The notes beneath the pieces are model-generated. The model saw only the letters and a list, made by a program, of their open reading frames with translations, ran no database searches and was not told the origin of the DNA. 64,000 bases of DNA from an uncultured Pseudomonadota bacterium (GTDB taxonomy: Bacteria; Pseudomonadota; Gammaproteobacteria; Methylococcales; Methylomonadaceae). A program made the translations under genes and the position numbers. Below, in pieces: positions 49,195 through 58,667 of the stretch. Numbering within the stretch: position 1 is the first letter of the stretch; each line of letters begins with the position of its first letter. Location of the stretch: NCBI GenBank assembly GCA_903928965.1, contig CAIYSZ010000028.1, positions 2,837 to 66,836 of the forward strand, written 5' to 3'.

Positions 49195-50785
49195 TCAAAC
49201 CTTGGAAAAATTGGCCGGTTTGGCCATGAGCGGAAGTTCGCCTTCCGCCGGCTTGCCGGACGCCGGTTTGCTGCGGCAATGGGCTAGCCAGTTGTTCGCG
49301 GCGATGCCGAACCAGTCGGCTTCGCTGGAGCCGGTGCAATACGCTCCGCAATTGAGCGGGGCAGGATTGCCTGCCTTGCCTGGCGTGGATTCCGGAGCGT
49401 TGTCTGCGTTGGCGCGGCGTTCGTTCACTAACCCGAACGACATTGGTTTGGCCCCGTGGCCGGTTCCGAGCGCCGGGTCCGGGGAGAGCGCCGCGCCGGT
49501 TAATTATTATTTCGTTAGCGAGTTGGCCAAGCATGCCGCGGACCCTTCATTGGCTCCGGCGGAGTTTGACGTGCAACGGGTGCGCCGCGATTTTCCGATC
49601 TTGCAGGAACGGGTGAACGGTTATCCGTTGGCTTGGCTGGATAATGCGGCCACCACGCAGAAACCGCTGGCGGTGATAGACCGGATCTCGGAGTTTTATA
49701 AACACGAGAATTCAAATATTCACCGCGCGGCGCATGAGTTGGCGGCTCGCGCTACTGATGCCTATGAACACGCGCGGGATGTGGTGGCGCGGTTTTTGAA
49801 CGCGTCGTCCAGCAACGAAATTATTTTCGTGCGCGGTTCGACCGAAGGCATCAATCTGGTCGCGAAGAGTTGGGGCAAGCAAAATATCGGCGCCGGCGAC
49901 GAGATCGTGATCAGTTGGCTGGAGCATCATGCCAATATCGTGCCTTGGCAGCAGTTAGCCGCCGAAACCGGCGCGGTGTTGCGAGTGATCCCGGTGGACG
50001 ATCACGGTCAGGTTATTCTGGCTGAGTTTCAAAAACTGTTGAATCCGCGTACCAAGCTGGTGTCGTTCACGCATGTTTCAAATGCCCTGGGCACCATTAC
50101 TCCGGCGCATGAGATGATTGAGATGGCGCACCGCGCCGGGGCCAGGGTATTGCTGGACGCTGCGCAATCAGTGTCGCATATCCGGGTGGACGTGCAAAGC
50201 TTGAATCCCGATTGGCTGGTGTTTTCCGGGCATAAAATCTTCGGTCCCACCGGTATTGGCGTGGTTTACGGTAAATTCGACTTGTTGGAGGAGACTCAAC
50301 CCTGGCAAGGCGGCGGCAATATGATAGAGGACGTGACTTTCGAGCATACCCGTTATCAACCGGCGCCGGCTAAATTTGAGGCGGGCACCGGCAATATCGC
50401 CGACGCGGTGGGACTGGGCGCGGCTCTGGAGTATTTGAGCGGTTTAGGCATCGAGCGGGTGGCGTATTACGAGCATGAGTTGCTGCACTATGGCACGCAC
50501 GTGCTGCAAGGCATTCCCGGCGTGCGCTTGATCGGCACCGCGCCGGATAAAACCAGCGTGCTGTCGTTCGTGTTGGCGGGTTATAGTCCGTTGGAGGTCG
50601 GTACGGCGTTGAATGAGGCAGGCATAGCGGTGCGCGCCGGTCATCATTGCGCGCAACCGATTCTGCGCCGCTTTGGGTTGGAGAGCACGGTGCGTCCGTC
50701 GCTGGCTTTCTATAACACCTACGAGGAAATCGACCGTTTGGGCGGCGTGATTAAACGCTTGCAGTGCCAAAAACGGTATTTTTAG
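49181..50785 (+). CDS. Encapsulin cargo cysteine desulfurase (SufS type) with N-terminal extension
   Basis: About 125-aa Pro/Ala/Ser-rich N-terminus, then FDVQRVRRDFPIL, WLDNAATTQKP, FSGHK (PLP Lys), RAGHHCAQP. Confidence 0.93.
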   Translation: MSINNQTLEKLAGLAMSGSSPSAGLPDAGLLRQWASQLFAAMPNQSASLEPVQYAPQLSGAGLPALPGVDSGALSALARRSFTNPNDIGLAPWPVPSAGSGESAAPVNYYFVSELAKHAADPSLAPAEFDVQRVRRDFPILQERVNGYPLAWLDNAATTQKPLAVIDRISEFYKHENSNIHRAAHELAARATDAYEHARDVVARFLNASSSNEIIFVRGSTEGINLVAKSWGKQNIGAGDEIVISWLEHHANIVPWQQLAAETGAVLRVIPVDDHGQVILAEFQKLLNPRTKLVSFTHVSNALGTITPAHEMIEMAHRAGARVLLDAAQSVSHIRVDVQSLNPDWLVFSGHKIFGPTGIGVVYGKFDLLEETQPWQGGGNMIEDVTFEHTRYQPAPAKFEAGTGNIADAVGLGAALEYLSGLGIERVAYYEHELLHYGTHVLQGIPGVRLIGTAPDKTSVLSFVLAGYSPLEVGTALNEAGIAVRAGHHCAQPILRRFGLESTVRPSLAFYNTYEEIDRLGGVIKRLQCQKRYF

Positions 50786-50795
50786 TAGTGTTGGC

Positions 50796-51848
50796 CTAGC
50801 CGGCTTTTTGTCCGCTCGGCAGCATGCCGTAACGTGCGAGTTTATGTCTCAGCACGTTACGGCTGATGTCGAGCAGGCGCGCGGTGTGCACCTGGTTTTC
50901 CTCGCAGAATTCGTAGGCGGTGCGGATGACGGTTTCTTCTATGATTTCGTAAAGTTTGGGCGGCCCTTGTTCGCACAGGCGTTGCAAGGCGCTTTCCAAT
51001 GAGGTGGTGGATACCATGGGCGCGCTGCTGCCATGGATTCTGACCCCGGACAGTTTGAAATCTTCAGGCCGTAGCCGGTTGCCCGGGCAGACCAGCAAGG
51101 CCCTATGCACGGCGTTTTCCAATTCGCGGATGTTGCCGGGCCAGTCGTAATTCAATAATACCAGTTCGGTGGCGGGGGAGAGTTTGATGTCGTTATATCC
51201 TAGCCGGTCGCCGTAGATTTTCAAAAAATGTTGCGTCAGGGGCAGGATGTCGCCGGGTCGGTCGCGTAGCGGCGACAGCTGCAGGGCGGCGACGTTGAAG
51301 CGGTAATACAAGTCGGCGCGAAAATGCGAGGCGGCCACCGCTTCTTCCAGGTTGACGTTGGTGGCGGCGATGATGCGCACGTCCACCGGCACCGGGGTGC
51401 GGGAGCCGACCTTGACCACTTCACGTTCTTGCAGCACTCTGAGCAGCTTGACTTGCAAGCCCAGCGGCAGGTCGCCGACTTCGTCTAGAAACAGGCTGCC
51501 TTTGTTGGCGTTTTCAAACCAGCCGATCTTGGTGGCCAGCGCGCCGGTGAAAGCGCCTTTTTCGTGGCCGAACAGTTCGCTTTCTATCAGGTTTTCGCTC
51601 AAGGCGGCGCAGTTGAGCGCGCCGAAAGTGTTGTTGTTGCGCTTGCTCAAGGCGTGAATGTGCCGGGCTACCAGTTCCTTGCCGGTGCCGGTTTCACCGA
51701 TGATTAACACGGTGGCGTCGCTGGGGGCGATGCGCTCAATTTGCTCCAGCAAGCGGCGGGAGACGGGATCTTCAAATACCAGAGCCGAGGCGCGCACGGA
51801 GAGTGAGAGCGACCGCGATTCCAGTTCGTCGAATGTCAGTAAGGTCAT
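50796..51848 (-). CDS. Sigma-54-dependent Fis-family activator lacking an N-terminal sensor (SfnR-like)
   Basis: [38 protein letters not shown]-terminal HTH; only about 20 aa precede the AAA domain. Confidence 0.92.
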   Translation of the reverse strand: MTLLTFDELESRSLSLSVRASALVFEDPVSRRLLEQIERIAPSDATVLIIGETGTGKELVARHIHALSKRNNNTFGALNCAALSENLIESELFGHEKGAFTGALATKIGWFENANKGSLFLDEVGDLPLGLQVKLLRVLQEREVVKVGSRTPVPVDVRIIAATNVNLEEAVAASHFRADLYYRFNVAALQLSPLRDRPGDILPLTQHFLKIYGDRLGYNDIKLSPATELVLLNYDWPGNIRELENAVHRALLVCPGNRLRPEDFKLSGVRIHGSSAPMVSTTSLESALQRLCEQGPPKLYEIIEETVIRTAYEFCEENQVHTARLLDISRNVLRHKLARYGMLPSGQKAG

Positions 51849-51936
51849 GGCTTAGCTCGGCTGTTAGGTTTTGGCGCCTTAGTCATCTGGATGTCCGGCG
51901 GGCTAATAATCGTGTTTTAGTTTGCATTATTTTGCA

Positions 51937-51952
51937 TGCATTATTTGCGCCA
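51937..51952 (-). promoter_or_regulatory. Sigma-54 promoter of the activator gene
   Basis: Minus strand TGGCGCAAATAATGCA. Confidence 0.75.
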
Positions 51953-52003
51953 TGTTGGCAAGGTGTTAATATTAAAACATTTATTGTTTGTAAGTCAAAT
52001 AAA

Positions 52004-52052
52004 TGTTGATATATCAACAGCAATTTGCTGATTGTGTGTTTATATATCAGCA
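52004..52052. promoter_or_regulatory. Tandem enhancer (UAS) sites
   Basis: Perfect palindrome TGTTGATATATCAACA (52004-52019) and TGCTGATT-GTG-TGTTTATATATCAGCA (52026-52052). Confidence 0.75.
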
Positions 52053-52077
52053 GTCAAAGGGGCGCGCCGGGCAGCGG

Positions 52078-53241
52078 CTAGAAATATTGCAGCAGCCGCC
52101 AATTGGGTTTGCGGTTTTTCAGGTTTTCAAATCCGCGGCACAGCGGGTATAGCGCCAGCAACACCAGTAGGGTTATGGCGTACACAATGGGCAGGGAATA
52201 GCCGTAATCGGAAGGCAGAGCTTTGTTCCAGATGCCGCCGGCGGCTATTTCGCGCGCCGGTCCGCCGGTCAGGGCGGCGAGTAGCAGCGCCGAGCCGTGT
52301 ATGAGGTACAGGTGAAGTAAATAGAAAACTAGCGGCGCGCGGCCAAATTGCCGCAGGAGGCCTAGGTTCAAACCCGGCCAGCGTTCGCAGGCGGCCAGGA
52401 ATAGTAGCGCCGGCCCTAGGGTCATCAATAAATACTGCAAGGACGGCGGATATTTGTGGCAGTTTAGAAATGACAGTATGCTAAATGCCGGGTCGGGTTG
52501 AACTTGCCATGGGTCCGGGTCGCCATAGAGGTTGGTTAGGCGTAGCGCGATGAAGGCGGTTAGGCATAATCCGCCAAGCAGCGACAGGTTTCCCGGCGCG
52601 CGCCAAGTTTCGGAGCTTAGCATGCGGCCGAAGGCATGACCAAGCGCCATGACGCCTATCCATGGGATTAAGGGGTAATAGGGGTTTAGCGTCCAGCCTT
52701 GGCCTAGTTCTATTTTGCCGCCGGCGTGCAAAATCTTCCACCAGGGTTCAAACCATCCCAGCGCGGCGGCGTTTAGCCCATCAAAGGCATTATGCGCGGT
52801 TATCATGCCGACGGCAAACAGCAGGATCAGGTTGTCGGGTAATTGAACCAACGCCGCCATGGCTAGCATGGACCAGGCGATGGCCCATAGCACGCCGCCG
52901 TCGATATGCCGAAAGTCGTTGAGAAAATTCCAGGACCAAGCTTCCACCGTCACGGTTAAGATAAGCAACACTAGGCCGCGCCGAATTAAAAAACCGCTGG
53001 CCGAGGCGCGGGCGCCATGCCGTGAGCGCCATAAATAAATGCTGGTTCCGGCCAGGAACACAAATACCGGGGCGCAATAATGCGTGATCCAGCGCGTTAG
53101 AAATAGGCTGACGGTAGTTTGCGTGAGATCGGTGGGCGGGAAGTGGGCCGCGCTAAAGAAATCACGGGTGTGGTCTAGGGTCATGAGCGCCATGACCAGG
53201 CCGCGCAGGGTGTCGATGGAATTTAGGCGGGGGTTGGGCAT
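52078..53241 (-). CDS. DUF1624 / heparan-alpha-glucosaminide N-acetyltransferase-like membrane protein
   Basis: RLNSIDTLRGLVMALMTLDH, TRWITHYCAPVFVFLAG, KYPPSLQYLLMTLG. Confidence 0.85.
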   Translation of the reverse strand: MPNPRLNSIDTLRGLVMALMTLDHTRDFFSAAHFPPTDLTQTTVSLFLTRWITHYCAPVFVFLAGTSIYLWRSRHGARASASGFLIRRGLVLLILTVTVEAWSWNFLNDFRHIDGGVLWAIAWSMLAMAALVQLPDNLILLFAVGMITAHNAFDGLNAAALGWFEPWWKILHAGGKIELGQGWTLNPYYPLIPWIGVMALGHAFGRMLSSETWRAPGNLSLLGGLCLTAFIALRLTNLYGDPDPWQVQPDPAFSILSFLNCHKYPPSLQYLLMTLGPALLFLAACERWPGLNLGLLRQFGRAPLVFYLLHLYLIHGSALLLAALTGGPAREIAAGGIWNKALPSDYGYSLPIVYAITLLVLLALYPLCRGFENLKNRKPNWRLLQYF

Positions 53242-53264
53242 GAGGGCTGGGTGCGGCGTTGTGT

Positions 53265-53648
53265 TTACTCTACTTTGATAACGATATTTCGTGGCCATGG
53301 CTCAAGATGAGCTAGATCGAATGAGCCGGTTTCAAGTAATTTGATCATGTCGGCATGAATTTGCATAGGCTCAGCTTTAATTCGATGACCGTTTATGCGA
53401 AGAAATACATCCGTAACCGCAAAGGCGATACGCTTGTTACCGTCAATAAATGGATGGTTGATAGCTAGACTCTCCATCAGTGCTGCTGCTTCAGCAACAA
53501 TATCATCATAGTAACCGGACTGAGGTCGGTGCAATGCGGCTTCAAGCGCGCCCTGGTCGCGGATGCCGATTGCGCCGCCGTACTTGTTTATCAAAATTGG
53601 GTGCAGTTCCAAAACCTCGGCAACTGTTAGGTAATTTCTGGGCGTCAC
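53265..53648 (-). CDS. Fic/Doc (death-on-curing) family toxin
   Basis: GIRDQGALEAAL.RP, Fic motif HPFIDGNKR. Confidence 0.9.
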   Translation of the reverse strand: MTPRNYLTVAEVLELHPILINKYGGAIGIRDQGALEAALHRPQSGYYDDIVAEAAALMESLAINHPFIDGNKRIAFAVTDVFLRINGHRIKAEPMQIHADMIKLLETGSFDLAHLEPWPRNIVIKVE

Positions 53649-53872
53649 TTAGCAAGTTCGCGGTAAAGGCTATCAAATTCAGTTAGGCTTTCGGAAAATG
53701 CGTCCATGACATGGCGACGGGGTAGTGGTTTTGTTTTGCGTTCAATGTATTCACGCAGAGCTTCATCAATAACAATTTTTAATTGTCGTCCTTCGGATTC
53801 GGCAATGTGTTGTAGAGCTTCAACCATTTCCGGCGAGGCTTGGGATGTGATTTTTTCGATGGATGTTGGCAT
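53645..53872 (-). CDS. Ribbon-helix-helix-type antitoxin
   Basis: 75 aa, overlaps the doc gene by 4 bp; ALQHIAESEGRQL..VIDEALREYIE...FDSLYRELAK. Confidence 0.75.
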   Translation of the reverse strand: MPTSIEKITSQASPEMVEALQHIAESEGRQLKIVIDEALREYIERKTKPLPRRHVMDAFSESLTEFDSLYRELAK

Positions 53873-54002
53873 GGCGGTTGAGTGTTGGCGTATTTGACGC
53901 CAATATATTACTCTTAACCGGCATTAATTTACATGTTTTTGCAAATTCCGGTTATTGGCGGCGTTTCGCAAGGACTTTAGGTCGCGACTCGTATGTATGA
54001 AC

Positions 54003-54358
54003 TTATACCTCTGTTTCACCCATTTCAAGCAAACCGTCAGCCGATTGAATCACGACATAATTCGCGAAAATTTCAGCATGAAACGCGGCGGGGATATCCG
54101 CCCAGTCCACTAGTTGCACCATAATGGGGATGTTGCTTTCGGAAAACGCTTCAACGGCAGTGACAGATTAGGTTGACTGCATGCTAAATCACCCGGTTGA
54201 CGCGCCACCAGATCAAGATCACTCGCTTCATAATAATCGCCATTCACCCGGCTGCCATAGGCCCACACTTCGGCCTGGGGTAAATGGGCGTGCAAGATAT
54301 CTTGTACCTTGTGCAGATAAGAATCGGGCAGATGCAGGCGAGGCTTTGTTGGCGTCAT
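54003..54358 (-). pseudogene. Frameshifted minimal nucleotidyltransferase (MNT)
   Basis: VWAYGSRVNG...SDLDLV in one frame; EAFSESNIPIMVQLVDWADIP..FHAEI in another after ~54160. Confidence 0.75.
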
Positions 54359-54430
54359 GTTTCGCTCCCTTGCCAAGTTTTTGTTCCAATAAATACAATA
54401 TGTTTGGTTTCTCCGAGAGGGTATAAGTTG

Positions 54431-54631
54431 TTAGCAATTAGTCTCTATGCGTATAATGGTTGTTTGACCTGTCAAGGCTACATAGGTTTGCGCAATATTT
54501 GCCTGTTGAAATTCCTTGGCTTGTTTTTGTAAAAAGGTTTTAAGCGGTAAAAAGGCTGAATGGCCGCTTTTGAAGTCTTTTACTGGGTCTGAATCTTCGA
54601 GCTTACGAATGTAAAAATCTGCATCAGGCAT
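54431..54631 (-). pseudogene. Truncated GNAT toxin (AtaT/TacT-like N-terminus)
   Basis: MPDADFYIRKLEDSDPVKDFKSG...LKTFLQKQA..FQQANIAQTYVAL, then homology is lost; no acetyl-CoA-binding region. Confidence 0.6.
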
Positions 54632-54806
54632 GGCGGTTGAGTTTGAACGCCTCGCCTTTTTTGATTTTTTCGCAGATTTCTCGACCACGAGCAAGCGCGG
54701 CCATAGCCAAAGGATTGGCTTTATCGCTGTTCATGTGTTGAATAAATCGTTCAGCTTCCTTACCGCTCAATTCAACACTGCCAAAAGCGCTTGTTTTAAT
54801 CGCCAT
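54624..54806 (-). CDS. Putative antitoxin of the GNAT TA pair
   Basis: 60 aa overlapping the toxin start; VELSGKEAERFI..M...ANP.A..AL.R resembles the DUF1778 C-terminus. Confidence 0.55.
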   Translation of the reverse strand: MAIKTSAFGSVELSGKEAERFIQHMNSDKANPLAMAALARGREICEKIKKGEAFKLNRHA

Positions 54807-54952
54807 AATAAATACCTCTACCTATATGCGCTGAACATTTTTTGGGGGAAATTGTATTGGAATCATGCCCAAATGTCCATAATTCTTCATAAAATTGCAT
54901 GCAGTTGACGCACTTTTAAACAAGAACGACTAATTAGCCGTCTCACGGGCAT

Positions 54953-54992
54953 AAAAAAAGCGCTATGCATAGAATGCAAGCGCTTGATTTTT
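54953..54992 (-). terminator. Terminator downstream of tRNA-Met
   Basis: AGCGCT-ATGCAT-AGA-ATGCA-AGCGCT hairpin flanked by A/T tracts. Confidence 0.6.
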
Positions 54993-55069
54993 TGGTGGCG
55001 ATACCGGGGATCGAACCTGGAACCTCGGGGTTATGAATCCCGCGCTCTAACCGGTTGAGCTATATCGCC
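54993..55069 (-). tRNA. tRNA-Met (CAT), elongator type
   Basis: GGCGATATAGCTCAACCGGTTAGAGCGCGGGATTCATAACCCCGAGGTTCCAGGTTCGATCCCCGGTATCGCCACCA: G1-C72 pair, CAT anticodon, encoded CCA. Ile2 identity is not formally excluded. Confidence 0.93.
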
Positions 55070-55126
55070 ATATTTGTTAGGTTAAGCGAGCATTTTAACA
55101 CTTATTTAACGCTTGTCAAACATACG

Positions 55127-56218
55127 TTAAACATTAAATCGGAAGTGCATGACGTCGCCGTCTTGCACTTTGTAGTCCTTGCCTTCCAAACGCCATTTGC
55201 CGGCGTCCTTGGCGCCTTGTTCGCCTTTATAGGCTACGAAGTCGGCGTAGGCTATGACTTCGGCACGGATGAAGCCTTTTTCAAAGTCGGTATGAATGAC
55301 GCCGGCGGCTTGCGGCGCCGTGGCTAGACGGGGGATGGTCCAGGCGCGCACTTCTTTTACGCCGGCGGTGAAATAGGTGGATAGGTTCAGCAATTCGTAG
55401 CCTGCGCGCACGACTCGGTTCAAGCCCGGTTCGCTCAGGCCTAGTTCGGCCAGGAATTCCTGTTTTTCGTCGTCTTCCAGTTGCACGATTTCCGCCTCGA
55501 TGGCGGCGCAGATGGTGACGACTTGCGAGCCTTCGGCGGCGGCGAAAGCGATTACTTTTTCCACCAAAGGGTTGTTTTCCATGCCGTCGTCTTGCACGTT
55601 GGCAATGTACAAAGTCGGTTTTACCGTGATTAGGCAAAGGTCTTTAATGGATTTGAGTTCTTCCTCGTCTAAACCCAAAGTACGCACCGGCAGGCCTTGG
55701 TTCAAGTGCTCCAAGGCGCGTTCCAGCACTTGCTTGCGCGCCACTTCGTCCTTGACGCCGGATTTTGCGGCCTTGCCGGTCTTGAGCAGGGCTTTTTCCA
55801 CCGACGCCATGTCGGCTAGGGCGAGTTCGGTGTTGATGACTTCAATATCGTTGATCGGGTTGACTTGACCAGCGACGTGTATGACGTTGTCGTCTTCAAA
55901 GCAGCGAACTACATGCACGATGGCGTCGGTTTCACGGATGTTGCCTAGAAACTGGTTGCCCAGGCCTTCGCCCTTGGACGCGCCGGCGACCAGGCCGGCG
56001 ATGTCCACGAATTCTATGGTGGTCGGCAGCACGCGTTCGGGTTTGACGATTTCGGCCAGTTTGTCCAGGCGCGGGTCCGGCACCGGCACCACCCCGACAT
56101 TGGGGTCTATGGTGCAGAACGGGTAGTTCTCCGCGGCGATGGCCGCTTTGGTTAGCGCGTTAAAGAGTGTGGATTTGCCGACGTTGGGCAAGCCCACGAT
56201 ACCGCAATGAAGAGCCAT
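55127..56218 (-). CDS. ychF: Redox-regulated ATPase YchF
   Basis: [59 protein letters not shown]. Confidence 0.97.
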   Translation of the reverse strand: MALHCGIVGLPNVGKSTLFNALTKAAIAAENYPFCTIDPNVGVVPVPDPRLDKLAEIVKPERVLPTTIEFVDIAGLVAGASKGEGLGNQFLGNIRETDAIVHVVRCFEDDNVIHVAGQVNPINDIEVINTELALADMASVEKALLKTGKAAKSGVKDEVARKQVLERALEHLNQGLPVRTLGLDEEELKSIKDLCLITVKPTLYIANVQDDGMENNPLVEKVIAFAAAEGSQVVTICAAIEAEIVQLEDDEKQEFLAELGLSEPGLNRVVRAGYELLNLSTYFTAGVKEVRAWTIPRLATAPQAAGVIHTDFEKGFIRAEVIAYADFVAYKGEQGAKDAGKWRLEGKDYKVQDGDVMHFRFNV

Positions 56219-56359
56219 AATGTTAGGTTGTTTGAGTCTAGGGAGCCAGGGCCTTGGCGTGTATCGCGCAGGCAACTGCTAATTATATCAAACGACCTTG
56301 ATAGTTCAAGTTTGACCGGTGTTGCAAAATTGACCATTAGTCCAGTTTGCGGGCGGGCT

Positions 56360-57514
56360 TTATTTTTGACTGCTCAAGTCCTCGGCCAAAAGAGGAAACA
56401 ATATTACGGATAACATACCGGCGGAAATCAGCACCGCCCCCTGGTCCGGCGTCATGATGCCCAGGACGTTTCCCAGCTCGGTGATGATGACGATGAGCGG
56501 CAAACCGGTGGCGGAATAGAGCGCGAAAGACCATTTGCTGCGCGGCGGCAGAATTTTGGAATACAAAAACAGCGGCATGCCGCGCGCGAGGAGCATGAGG
56601 CCCAGCACGGCCGCGACTTGCAACACCACCAGCGGCGACGAGCCTAGGTAGTTGAGATGAAATTTCATGCCGGCGGAGATGAAAAAGAACGGAATCAGAA
56701 AACCGTAGCCGATGGCGTCCAGTTTTTGCTTTAACAGGTCTCCGGCTTCGCCTTTGCAGCCCAAATTGACCACTAGGCCGGCGGCGAACGCCCCTAGCAC
56801 TACGTTAAAGCCGAATTGCGCCGCCAGCCAAATCAGTAGGGCTTGTAAAGCCAGGCATAATCTGACCGGTAATTGGCCGCTGGTTTGCATGCTTTCGGTT
56901 AGGATTGTCATCCATTTGGGAGAGCGGACGTGCATGGCGGCATAGGCGGCGAGTAAAATGACGCCGGCGAAAAACAGCATGAACGTCATGTTTAATAAGG
57001 GCGTTTGGGTTGGAATAAAAGCCAACGCCAGCAACGGGCCGATTTCGCCCATGGCCGCCGCCGCGATCAGCCAGTGGCCGAACGGGGTTTCCAGTTGGCC
57101 GTTATCGCGCAAAATGGGCGCCAGAATGCCAAGCGCGGTGGTGGACAGGGCTATGGCGGTCAGCAAGGGGGCGCTGGTCAACCCCAGGGCCCTTGCGGCG
57201 CTGACGCAGGCCAGGGCCGTAAGCAGGGAGATAATCCAGCCGGCGCCGGCCAGGGCCAGCGGTTTGCCGCGAATCCGGTTGAAATTGATTTCCAGTCCGA
57301 CCATGAAGAGTAAAAAGGTTAAACCGAGTTCGCCCATGACGCCCAGCAGTCCGTCGGCGTTGACCAGATTCAGCGCGTGCGGGCCAATGCAAATGCCCAA
57401 TAGCAGTTCCGCCACCACCACCGGCAAGCGCGGGTGACGGAAGGCTTTTACCAGCAGCGGGGACAGGGCCGCCATCAGGGCGATGATTAATAGCTCCAGT
57501 CGATAGGTTTCCAT
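56360..57514 (-). CDS. Cation:proton antiporter (CPA2)
   Basis: About 12 TM helices; LFMVGLEI, LSTTALGI, LGAFAAG, FFISAGM. Confidence 0.88.
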   Translation of the reverse strand: METYRLELLIIALMAALSPLLVKAFRHPRLPVVVAELLLGICIGPHALNLVNADGLLGVMGELGLTFLLFMVGLEINFNRIRGKPLALAGAGWIISLLTALACVSAARALGLTSAPLLTAIALSTTALGILAPILRDNGQLETPFGHWLIAAAAMGEIGPLLALAFIPTQTPLLNMTFMLFFAGVILLAAYAAMHVRSPKWMTILTESMQTSGQLPVRLCLALQALLIWLAAQFGFNVVLGAFAAGLVVNLGCKGEAGDLLKQKLDAIGYGFLIPFFFISAGMKFHLNYLGSSPLVVLQVAAVLGLMLLARGMPLFLYSKILPPRSKWSFALYSATGLPLIVIITELGNVLGIMTPDQGAVLISAGMLSVILFPLLAEDLSSQK

Positions 57515-58148
57515 GCGGGCCTCCAGGCTTGGTTCAGGTTAACCGGATTCGGTTTGGGTAGAGTTTGCAGGTTTAGATGCGGCAAGGCGACGCCGCCGGT
57601 GACGATTCTCGGCGGCATGGCTTGAGGATTGATGCGCCGCTGGCCGGCGCTGTCGCTGCCGTTCATGCTAAATCCTGGGATGAGTTATGTTTGCCTAAAA
57701 ATAATACCTCATTTGCCGGTTTTTTGTTGGCGCTTCGGCTGCCGTTATGCATGACGGTTGAGAACGGGCGGGCAGCCTGGACCTTCTGGCCTGGTTTGAA
57801 AGTGTTGCGAGTAAATACATTAAGTAGGAGTGCGCAACCATTTTTAAATTTGCCTTATGCGAAGCGCACCGTCAACCAAAATCTCAATGCACTGTTGATG
57901 TGGCGCTATTTAAAAAACGGTTACACGTTTTTACTTAAGATGATTAGTTTTTATGTTGCAACAGATAACAATGTTAGTTACATTCGGCATTATGTTAGCG
58001 TTTGTGGTAATCGTCTTTGTCTGTCATGACTTGATTTTTACGTGATATATTATTGCAATTTATTGAAATGATTAATTTTTTATATGTGCAAGGCGCTTGC
58101 CGTCGCGGGGTGGCTGTTTTTGAATAGGCCTCTTGGAACAGTATCCTT

Positions 58149-58184
58149 TATTTAGTTGACAAACTAAATAAACAGTGATAGGAT
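58149..58184 (+). promoter_or_regulatory. Sigma-70 promoter overlapped by a palindromic operator
   Basis: TTGACA (58156)-17 bp-TAGGAT (58179) with extended TG; inverted repeat TATTTAGTT-GACA-AACTAAATA covers the -35 box. Confidence 0.7.
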
Positions 58185-58336
58185 TTTTTATTAAGGGTTG
58201 TTAACATATGTGAACGCGAAATGACAAGGCCATTTCGCCTAGTGTGCAGCAGTCGCAATCGTACCTGGATTTGGGATGAAAAATCCGTGGCTTGCGCCTT
58301 GAAATCCTGCTTTCCATTAATATAAGGTAATCTGAT

Positions 58337-58609
58337 ATGTCATGTTCCAGTACAAAGCAAGCAGCTAAACCCTTGGACACGCAGCGCAAGCAGCTTGATG
58401 TGATCGCCATGGTGCGCAATGAAGTAAAAACTGAGTTGTCCACTTCCGGCGTTTTGCAAGATCAGGCCCTTTATGCGAAAAAAAGAGGCGAAGACAACAA
58501 CTTCCAGCGTAACCGCTCCCTAGATGTCATCGCCATGGTGCGCAGACAGGTGGAAAAGGATTTGTCCGAGGTATTTCCATCCAGCGCTGCCGGGCGCTTG
58601 CATAAATAA
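58337..58609 (+). CDS. Small protein with a duplicated LDVIAMVR..V...LS motif
   Basis: 90 aa; the DNA repeat at 58397 and 58523 is offset by 126 bp (in frame) with a synonymous difference (GTG/GTC). Confidence 0.65.
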   Translation: MSCSSTKQAAKPLDTQRKQLDVIAMVRNEVKTELSTSGVLQDQALYAKKRGEDNNFQRNRSLDVIAMVRRQVEKDLSEVFPSSAAGRLHK

Positions 58610-58667
58610 GGGTTGATTCCCGAATATTCATTACGTTCTGTTTGTTTTTTAATGGGATGCTAATTTC

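Noticed and set aside
53265-55069. Intact integrative element at tRNA-Met
   Set aside because: No integrase and no duplicated tRNA 3' end found by eye in the window.
57577-58029. 150-aa ORF upstream of the dGTPase unit
   Set aside because: No recognisable motif, and it runs into AT-rich promoter-like DNA; treated as intergenic.
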